Positions 57,290 through 64,000 of a stretch of 64,000 nt of DNA are shown in pieces (position 1 is the stretch's first letter; the number at the start of each line of letters is the position of its first letter). The notes under the pieces are model-generated. The model made no database searches. It worked only from the letters and a program-made list of their open reading frames with translations, and was not told where the DNA came from. The translations under genes were made by a program, and so were the position numbers. This stretch comes from an uncultured Verrucomicrobiae bacterium (GTDB taxonomy: Bacteria > Verrucomicrobiota > Verrucomicrobiia > Limisphaerales > UBA1100), in NCBI GenBank assembly GCA_937775205.1, contig CALKBX010000013.1, forward strand, positions 15,648 to 79,647, read 5' to 3'.

Positions 57290-58644
57290 TGATGCAACCG
57301 GCGACTGATCAACCCGATTCAGAACACGCTCCCCGCGCGCGGTGGGAAATTGCCGTGCTATTGTTGGTGGGGCTGGCCTCCGGCTTTGCCGTGGGTGGCT
57401 TGCTGGGCGGCTTGCTGGGCGCGCCCTTGGGCGGCTGGCTTCTGAAATCCGCCGAGCCGGGCGCGGGTGTGATTTCCGGCGTCAAAAATGGATTCATCAT
57501 CTTGGGCGCACTCGGCGGTTTGGCGGGGTTGGTTTGGGGCGCACGTTCCCGGTTCAATCCGCAGACCCGTCGCAAGCTCAGGCGATTTTATGCCATCAAG
57601 CGCGGGTATGTGTCCTTCGTATTGCTGATCGCAGCCTTTGCGATTTCGTTGATAGGCGAGGTGTTCGTGAACAACCGGGCGTTGCTGGTTAGCTACGAAG
57701 GGAAACTGTTTTGTCCGGTCTCGCCTTTTTCGCGCGCGTACACGGGCAAGGAGTTTGGCCTCGAAAAGGATCGCGCCGGGCAGGATTATACGTTCGAGGT
57801 AAACTACCGGGAATTGGCGGATGATTTTTCCAAAAACAAATCAGGCAACTGGGTGCTAATGCCGCTCGTGCCCTTCAATGAATACGAAAATGATTTTCGA
57901 GAGGGCTTGGTGCATCCGTCGAAACCCAACGTGGAGATGCAACATTACCTCGGCACCGACCGCACCGGGCGCGATGTGTTGGCTCGGCTGTTTTATGGGT
58001 TTCGCATCACGATGATTTTCGCGCTGGTATTTATGCTGATGGTTTATTTGATCGGCGTGGTGATCGGTTGTCTGATGGGGTACTTCGGCGGCTGGGTGGA
58101 TCTCGCAGGGCAACGCGCCGTGGAGGTTTGGCAAAACATCCCCTTCCTTTATATGGTCATCATTGTGGTGGCGGCGGTGAGTGATTTGCCGTTCACATTA
58201 CCGGCGTGGTTCAAAATTCTCGTGTTGCTGGCCATCATGGTGGTGTTTAGCTGGACGAGTATGACCTATTATATGCGCACGGCGGTGTACCGCGAAAAGG
58301 CGCGCGATTACGTGGCGGCCGCCGAGTTGTTGGGCGCAAGCACGCCGCGCATTTTGTTTAATCACTTGCTGCCCAACACCATTTCCACGATGGTCACCTT
58401 CATGCCTTTCACCGTAGCCACGGCGATTATTTCCATCACGGCACTGGATTATTTGAACTTCGGTTTGCCCAAGCCCACGCCTAGTTGGGGTGAACTACTG
58501 CAGCAGGGCGTGGCCAATTTGCACGCGCCGTGGATCGTGCTCTCGGCGTTCGGGGCGATGGTTCTGGTGCTCACGCTGGTCACCTTCATCGGCGAAGGCG
58601 TGCGTGAGGCGTTTGATCCCAAAAAATTTACAACCTACGAATAA
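57286..58644 (+). CDS. Peptide ABC transporter permease (OppC/YejE-like)
   Basis: HYLGTDRTGRDVLARL, DYVAAAELLGA, LDYLNFG, PSWGELL. Confidence 0.92.
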   Translation: MMMQPATDQPDSEHAPRARWEIAVLLLVGLASGFAVGGLLGGLLGAPLGGWLLKSAEPGAGVISGVKNGFIILGALGGLAGLVWGARSRFNPQTRRKLRRFYAIKRGYVSFVLLIAAFAISLIGEVFVNNRALLVSYEGKLFCPVSPFSRAYTGKEFGLEKDRAGQDYTFEVNYRELADDFSKNKSGNWVLMPLVPFNEYENDFREGLVHPSKPNVEMQHYLGTDRTGRDVLARLFYGFRITMIFALVFMLMVYLIGVVIGCLMGYFGGWVDLAGQRAVEVWQNIPFLYMVIIVVAAVSDLPFTLPAWFKILVLLAIMVVFSWTSMTYYMRTAVYREKARDYVAAAELLGASTPRILFNHLLPNTISTMVTFMPFTVATAIISITALDYLNFGLPKPTPSWGELLQQGVANLHAPWIVLSAFGAMVLVLTLVTFIGEGVREAFDPKKFTTYE

Positions 58645-58646
58645 TT

Positions 58647-60815
58647 ATGAAAACACTATCCAAAATACTATTCAAAAGGATCGGCCTCTTTTTGGCCGTC
58701 ACGCTATTGGCCCTCACCGGTTGCAACGAACAAAAACTCAAACGCCCGACCGATGCCGGTGGCGGCAAAAAACCCGCTGCACCCGCTGGCGGGATGGACA
58801 AGGCATTCGCGCGCGAATTGGCCCGTGAATTTGCCCGCGAATTCGCGCGGGAACTGGCCAAGCAAAACATCACGCTGCCCGCGGGCGGCGGCGGAACCAC
58901 TCCGGTCGAGCCGGTCACGCCCACTGGCGCGGCGGTGGAGCTGAACAGCGCGGAGGAAGTGATGGACTTTTACGAGGCTCATCCGAAGGCGTTTGTAGTG
59001 GCGACTCCGGCGGATTTGCCCACAAATTTGCAGTGGGAAAACGGCAGTGAACTGAAAGAATTCGGCAGCCCTAAGGCGAAGCGCGGCGGCACGTTTCACG
59101 AATATATGGCCGATTTTCCGCGTACGCTGCGGTTGGTGGGACCGGACGCCAGCGGCTCGTTTCGCAGCCGTATGCTTGATTACAATTCATTGTCCCTCGT
59201 GATGGCCCACCCCAATGGCGACGGCTATCACCCCGGTCTGGCCAAGGAATGGGCGTACAGTGCAGACCGCAAGACGGTGTATTTCCGATTGGATTCTGAC
59301 GCGCGCTATTCGGACGGCGAGCCGGTGCGGGTGACGGATTATTTTTTCTCGCTGTATTTCTTCCGCAGCGAGCACATTAAGGGGCCGTGGTACAACGACT
59401 TTTTCAGCAAGGAAAAATTCCCAAACATTACCGTTTACGATGAGCACACGCTTTCGATTACTTATTACAAAGCCAAGCCCGATGTGATTGAACGCGTCGC
59501 CGGGGTGCGGCCTATTCCGGAACATTTTTACAGCGAATTGGACGAGCAGTTTGTGGAGGATTTCCAGTTCAAGTTCGAGCCCAACACCGGGCCTTACGAA
59601 GTGCGCCCGGAAAATGTTGAGAAAGGCAAAGCCGTCACGCTCACTCGCGTGCCGAATTGGTGGGCGGATAAAAAGAAGTTTTACCGGTATCGATTCAATC
59701 CCGAGGCGGTGAAGGTGACCGTGATTCGTGAACCGGCCAAGGTGTTTGAGCTGTTCTTGAAGTCCGAGCTGGACTGGCACGGACTGGGCTTGCCGGAGTA
59801 TTGGTACGAGAAACTGCCTAATGACCACAAGCTGGTGACCGCGGGCTACGTTCACAAGGTGCAGTTTTACAATGATGTGCCGCGACCCACCTGGGCACTT
59901 CGGCTTAATTCAAGTCATCCCGTGCTAAGCAATCGCGATGTGCGAGTGGGCCTCAACTACGCGATGAATTTTGATGTGGTGATTGCCAAGGTCTTTCGTG
60001 GTGACCCTGTGCGGATGAATACCGTGGCCGATGGCTATGGGCCGCGCAGCCATCCCACCCTTAAGGCGCGGCCTTTCTCCGTGAAAAAAGCCAAAGAGCA
60101 TTTCGCAAAGGCCGGCTACACCCGCACCGGCGCGGATGGCATTCTGATGAACGCCGGTGGCAAACGGTTGTCGTTTACGTTCACCACGCCGTACAAGCGG
60201 CTGGAGGATGTGATGACGGTGCTCAAGGAGGAGGCCAAAAAAGCCGGCGTGGAGTTGGAGGTGGAAATTATGGAACGCACCGCCGCGTGGAAAAAGATTA
60301 GCGAAAAAAATCACGAGATTATGCTCGGCGCGCTGAATGTTTCTGTGGAAATCGCACCGCGCTTTTGGGAGCCGTACCATTCGGATAACGCCTACGAGGA
60401 GCCCAAGGAAGAACGCTACGACGCTCAAGGTCGCCTGCGCGAAGGCCTGAAGCCCAAGCCGGTGACCAATAACTTCTGCATGCTGGCCGACAAAGACATT
60501 GATGATCTCATCGAGAAATATCGCGTGAGCGAGGACTTGGATGAACTCACCGGACAAGCGAAGCGTTTGATGGAAATGATCCACGCCCACGGCAGTTTCA
60601 TTCCCGGCTGGGTGCGGCCATGGTATCGCGCTGGCCATTGGCGTTGGATCCAGTGGCCCGAGGGCTACAACGTGAAGGAAAGCCGCGAGCCTTATGAGTT
60701 TCACGTGCACTGGATTGATTCGGATATCAAAGCCAAAACAATTCAAGATATGGCCGCCGGACGCAAATCCGGCGCGGCGACTATCCAAGTTTTCGACCAA
60801 TACAAAACCGATTAA
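58647..60815 (+). CDS. Peptide ABC transporter substrate-binding lipoprotein (YejA-like, SBP family 5)
   Basis: Lipobox LTGC; [22 protein letters not shown] and YWRYRFNP-like segments. Confidence 0.9.
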   Translation: MKTLSKILFKRIGLFLAVTLLALTGCNEQKLKRPTDAGGGKKPAAPAGGMDKAFARELAREFAREFARELAKQNITLPAGGGGTTPVEPVTPTGAAVELNSAEEVMDFYEAHPKAFVVATPADLPTNLQWENGSELKEFGSPKAKRGGTFHEYMADFPRTLRLVGPDASGSFRSRMLDYNSLSLVMAHPNGDGYHPGLAKEWAYSADRKTVYFRLDSDARYSDGEPVRVTDYFFSLYFFRSEHIKGPWYNDFFSKEKFPNITVYDEHTLSITYYKAKPDVIERVAGVRPIPEHFYSELDEQFVEDFQFKFEPNTGPYEVRPENVEKGKAVTLTRVPNWWADKKKFYRYRFNPEAVKVTVIREPAKVFELFLKSELDWHGLGLPEYWYEKLPNDHKLVTAGYVHKVQFYNDVPRPTWALRLNSSHPVLSNRDVRVGLNYAMNFDVVIAKVFRGDPVRMNTVADGYGPRSHPTLKARPFSVKKAKEHFAKAGYTRTGADGILMNAGGKRLSFTFTTPYKRLEDVMTVLKEEAKKAGVELEVEIMERTAAWKKISEKNHEIMLGALNVSVEIAPRFWEPYHSDNAYEEPKEERYDAQGRLREGLKPKPVTNNFCMLADKDIDDLIEKYRVSEDLDELTGQAKRLMEMIHAHGSFIPGWVRPWYRAGHWRWIQWPEGYNVKESREPYEFHVHWIDSDIKAKTIQDMAAGRKSGAATIQVFDQYKTD

Positions 60816-60816
60816 C

Positions 60817-61812
60817 GTGGCCGAGCTTGATTCCGACATTCTCCTGCGGGTGAGCGATCTCACCACGGCCTTTGACACCGATGCTGGTCAGCTCACCGCC
60901 GTGGATGGCGTGAGCTTTGACGTACGGCGCGGGCGCACTCTGGGGATTGTGGGTGAAAGCGGCTGCGGTAAGAGCGTGACGGCGATGTCGATTATGCGGC
61001 TGCTGCCACAGCCGATGGGGAAAATTCTGGACGGCGAAGTGCTTTTTGATGGGCGCAATCTCGCGACGATTCCGGCGGAGGATATGCGCTCCATCCGTGG
61101 CAATCGCATCAGTATGATTTTTCAGGAGCCAATGACCGCGCTCAATCCGGTACATCGCATTGGCAAACAAATCTGCGAAGGGCTCACGCAGCATAATGAA
61201 TTGTCGCCGGATGAGGCTTGGCAAAAGGCGGTTGAGATGCTCGAAAAAGTGGGCATCCCTTCGCCGGAAATTCGGGCCACGGAATATCCGCACCAGCTTT
61301 CAGGCGGTATGCGCCAGCGCGTGGTCATCGCCATCGCGCTCGCGTGCGGGCCGGAATTGGTTATTGCCGATGAACCCACCACCGCGTTGGACGTCACCAT
61401 TCAAGCGCAGATTTTGCAGCTCATCAATAACCTCCAGCGCGATCTCGGGATGTCCGTGATGCTCATCACGCATGACCTCGGCGTCATCGCCGAGACGTGC
61501 GATGAGGTGTGCGTGATGTACGCCGGCCGCGTGGTGGAACGCGCGCCAGTGCGGGAGATTTTTGCCAATCCGCGCCACGCGTACACGCAGGGATTGCTCA
61601 ACTCCATCCCGCGCCTGGACGGCATTCCGAAAACCGAGCTGAACATCATCGATGGCATGGTGCCCGCGTTGAGCGAATTAAAACCCGGCTGCCGCTTCGC
61701 CTCCCGCAGCGGCCGCGAGCATGAACCGGAGTTGCTGGTGGAACGCCAACCCTTAAACGAAATCACCCCCGGCCACTGGGTGGAGGCGTGCCCGGTTTGT
61801 ACGCGAGGATGA
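60817..61812 (+). CDS. Oligopeptide ABC transporter ATP-binding protein (OppD-like)
   Basis: [33 protein letters not shown]. Confidence 0.95.
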   Translation: MAELDSDILLRVSDLTTAFDTDAGQLTAVDGVSFDVRRGRTLGIVGESGCGKSVTAMSIMRLLPQPMGKILDGEVLFDGRNLATIPAEDMRSIRGNRISMIFQEPMTALNPVHRIGKQICEGLTQHNELSPDEAWQKAVEMLEKVGIPSPEIRATEYPHQLSGGMRQRVVIAIALACGPELVIADEPTTALDVTIQAQILQLINNLQRDLGMSVMLITHDLGVIAETCDEVCVMYAGRVVERAPVREIFANPRHAYTQGLLNSIPRLDGIPKTELNIIDGMVPALSELKPGCRFASRSGREHEPELLVERQPLNEITPGHWVEACPVCTRG

Positions 61813-61835
61813 ACCAATTATTTCCAATTTACATT

Positions 61836-61886
61836 GGTAGGCACGCGCTGCGCGCGTCCTTGGACACGCGGCAGCGTGTCCCTACC
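61836..61886. repeat. Inverted REP doublet (GTAG family)
   Basis: GTAG-GCACGCGCTGCGCGCGTCC on + and GTAG-GGACACGCTGCCGCGTGTCC on -. Confidence 0.75.
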
Positions 61887-61891
61887 CGATT

Positions 61892-62878
61892 ATGAACAAC
61901 GGCACGCCCATTTTATCGACGGACGAATTACGGATGCATTTTCCTGTAAAGGGCGGGGTGTTCCAGCGCGCGGTTGCAGCGTGTAAGGCTGTGGACGGGG
62001 TGAGCCTCACCATTGAACCGGGCGAAACGCTGGGGCTCGTCGGCGAGAGTGGTTGCGGTAAAAGCACGCTGGGCAAAACGATTGCGCGTTTGTACGAGCC
62101 CACCAGCGGCGGTATTGCGTTTGAGGGCAACGAACTGGCCGGCCTTTCGCGCCGCCAACTAAAACCTTTCCGGCGCGAGATTCAGATGATTTTTCAGGAT
62201 CCGTACGAGAGCCTCAACCCGCGGCACACGGTAGGGGCGATTGTGGAGGAGCCCTTTGTGATTCACAAAATGGGCTCGCGCTCGGAGCGGCGGCAGTGGG
62301 TGGCAGAGTTGCTGGCGAAGGTGGGCCTGCCGGAGTCGGCGGCGCAGCGTTATCCGTTTGAATTTTCTGGCGGGCAGCGCCAGCGCATTGGCATCGCCCG
62401 CGCGATTGCGCTGAAGCCACGCCTGTTGATTTGCGATGAGCCGGTGAGCGCGCTAGACGTTTCCATCCAAAGCCAAGTGCTCAACTTGTTGATGGAGTTG
62501 CAGCGCGAAATGGGTCTGAGTTATTTGTTCATCTCGCACGATCTCGCGGTGGTGAAGCACATCAGCGATCGCATCGCGGTGATGTACCTTGGCCGCATCG
62601 TGGAGCTGGCGCCGGCGGAGGAGATTTATAACAACCCCGTGCATGCGTACACCAAGGCACTGATCTCGGCCATCCCCGTGCCGGATCCCACGCACGTGCC
62701 GGATCGCGTGATCCTCGAGGGCGACGTGCCCACGCCGATTGATCCGCCCGATGGCTGCCGGTTTGCGCCGCGCAGCGGGGCCGAGCACGCGCCGGAGATG
62801 CTGACCACGCTGGCGCCTTTCAAGGAAATTTCCCCCGGCCACTGGGTAGAAGCTTGCCCGGTGTGCACGGGCCGGTAA
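61892..62878 (+). CDS. Oligopeptide ABC transporter ATP-binding protein (OppF-like)
   Basis: [30 protein letters not shown]. Confidence 0.95.
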   Translation: MNNGTPILSTDELRMHFPVKGGVFQRAVAACKAVDGVSLTIEPGETLGLVGESGCGKSTLGKTIARLYEPTSGGIAFEGNELAGLSRRQLKPFRREIQMIFQDPYESLNPRHTVGAIVEEPFVIHKMGSRSERRQWVAELLAKVGLPESAAQRYPFEFSGGQRQRIGIARAIALKPRLLICDEPVSALDVSIQSQVLNLLMELQREMGLSYLFISHDLAVVKHISDRIAVMYLGRIVELAPAEEIYNNPVHAYTKALISAIPVPDPTHVPDRVILEGDVPTPIDPPDGCRFAPRSGAEHAPEMLTTLAPFKEISPGHWVEACPVCTGR

Positions 62879-62935
62879 CGTATTGCCACAAATTGGCGTC
62901 TATGCTACACACGAGCGCAGAGGAGTGTGCGAATT

Positions 62936-63301
62936 ATGAAAATGACAAATTCCAGTAAACGCGGTTTCACCTTGGTGGAAATTATGATTGTGGTAGCGAT
63001 TATCGGCCTGTTGGCCGCGGTGGCCATTCCCAACCTTGTCGAGGCTCGCAAACAGGGGCAGATCACCGGTTGCAAAACCAATCTCACAAACATTCGCGGA
63101 GCCATTGCTATGTTCGCCTTGCGGGAAAATAAAACGGAAGACCACGAGGTGACCATAGACGATCTCGTAAAGTATATGACGCGTGAGCCGAAGTGTCCCG
63201 CCGGCGGCACCTACGAAGTCACCACCGTGGGCGAGGATCCCGCTTGCTCCATCAACGGGCACACGCTGAACGAAGACGAGGAAGAAGAGGAGGAGCGATA
63301 A
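62936..63301 (+). CDS. Type IV pilin / ComGC-like major pseudopilin
   Basis: KRGFTLVEIMIVVAIIGLLAAVAIP; short globular domain with CPAGGTY and CSINGH. Confidence 0.88.
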   Translation: MKMTNSSKRGFTLVEIMIVVAIIGLLAAVAIPNLVEARKQGQITGCKTNLTNIRGAIAMFALRENKTEDHEVTIDDLVKYMTREPKCPAGGTYEVTTVGEDPACSINGHTLNEDEEEEEER

Positions 63302-63304
63302 CCT

Positions 63305-63652
63305 TTGGCCACGCCAAACGATACGCGCGGGTTTGGGGTGGTGGATTGGCTGCTGGGGGCGGCGGTGCTGGGGTTGGCCTTGGCGGTGTTTTTCCCGTAC
63401 ACGGTGGGCGATAAACAGGATCGCAGTATTCTTATCTGCGTAAAAAATCTTCGGGAACTCGACACGGCAATGCGCCTTTGGCAGCTCGATAAGCAAAAGG
63501 ATACTTTGTCCGCCGTCACGCTGGAGGAAATTATCCCTTACTTAAAAGAGGGCAATCCACTCACGTGCCCGTCCGAGGGGCAGTACATCGTCACCGGCCT
63601 CACCAATCCGCCCAGCTGCACCATTCCCGGCCACGCGTTGGTGAACGAGTAG
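63305..63652 (+). CDS. Minor pilin-like protein
   Basis: Degenerate RGFGVVDW cleavage site, TM, CVKNLREL, CPSEGQY and CTIPGH; paralogous to the upstream pilin. Confidence 0.75.
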   Translation: MATPNDTRGFGVVDWLLGAAVLGLALAVFFPYTVGDKQDRSILICVKNLRELDTAMRLWQLDKQKDTLSAVTLEEIIPYLKEGNPLTCPSEGQYIVTGLTNPPSCTIPGHALVNE

Positions 63653-63655
63653 TGA

Positions 63656-64000
63656 TTATTCCCAACGCGCCCGCAAATCTTCCGGCGTGTTTCCTTTAGC
63701 CCTCAATTCTCGCAGGCTCAATGCGTCGTTGCGCTTGGCGAGGCGTTTGCCGTTTTCGTCGTGCATCAATTCGCAGTGGTAAAATGCCGGCGGCGTGAGG
63801 CCCAGCGCTCGGAAGAGCAAAAGCTGCCGAGCGGTGGAGGTCAGCAAATCCGCGCCCCGCACCACTTCGGTAATTTCCATCGCGGCATCATCCACCACCA
63901 CGGCGAGTTGATAGGCGGGCAGTCCGTTTTTTTGCCAAACGGGAAAGTCGCCAAAATCTTTTCCGGCAATGAATTTTTGCGGGCCAAAATGGGCGTCGGT
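63656..64000 (-). CDS. gluQ: Glutamyl-Q tRNA(Asp) synthetase, 3' part (cut by window end)
   Basis: GDFPVWQKNGLPAYQLAVVVDD, VVRGADL and GKRLAKR motifs. Confidence 0.88.
   Translation of the reverse strand, partial: TDAHFGPQKFIAGKDFGDFPVWQKNGLPAYQLAVVVDDAAMEITEVVRGADLLTSTARQLLLFRALGLTPPAFYHCELMHDENGKRLAKRNDALSLRELRAKGNTPEDLRARWE

Overview
Bacterial chromosomal window with high GC at third codon positions, most likely from a PVC-superphylum organism, probably Verrucomicrobiota. That assignment is inferred from the DUF1592/DUF1552 modules, DUF1080, expanded PQQ-like propellers, prepilin-type proteins, futalosine-pathway MqnD and the order prs-rplY-pth-rpsF-ssb-rplI-dnaB-bamA-skp. Scattered single-base indels also break essential genes (bamA about 9 times, ssb, skp), so they are read as long-read consensus errors. 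Positions ~18.7-64 kb are mostly core genes: purU, xth, moaDE, hpt, TonB/ExbBD, guaB, holA, pcrA, iscA-hscB, dsbD, purE, the translation/replication cluster, mqnD, an Opp/Yej ABC transporter, pilins and gluQ. This part carries two small repeat families, GTAG REPs and heptamer-arm palindromes sitting at stop codons. Positions ~2.9-17.7 kb form an accessory hotspot between a fumarylacetoacetate-hydrolase (FAH) gene and a Zn alcohol dehydrogenase (ADH) gene. It holds three FAH 3' ends, two ADH 3' ends exactly 7,060 bp apart that are reciprocal chimeras around a 123/126-nt identical patch, a back-to-back ADH|FAH junction, and five co-oriented tRNA-Val(GAC) fragments with no intact gene. Its cargo is two different haem-c DUF1592/DUF1552 modules, and no integrase is present. 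The best-fitting model (inference) is integrase-free accretion of FAH-tRNA-ADH interval alleles from relatives, the latest as a ~7.06-kb circle. Other notable items: an unnamed ~58-aa domain shared by two distant envelope proteins, an ABC permease with EF-hands plus a beta-rich insert, and two small ORFs missed by the ORF track.
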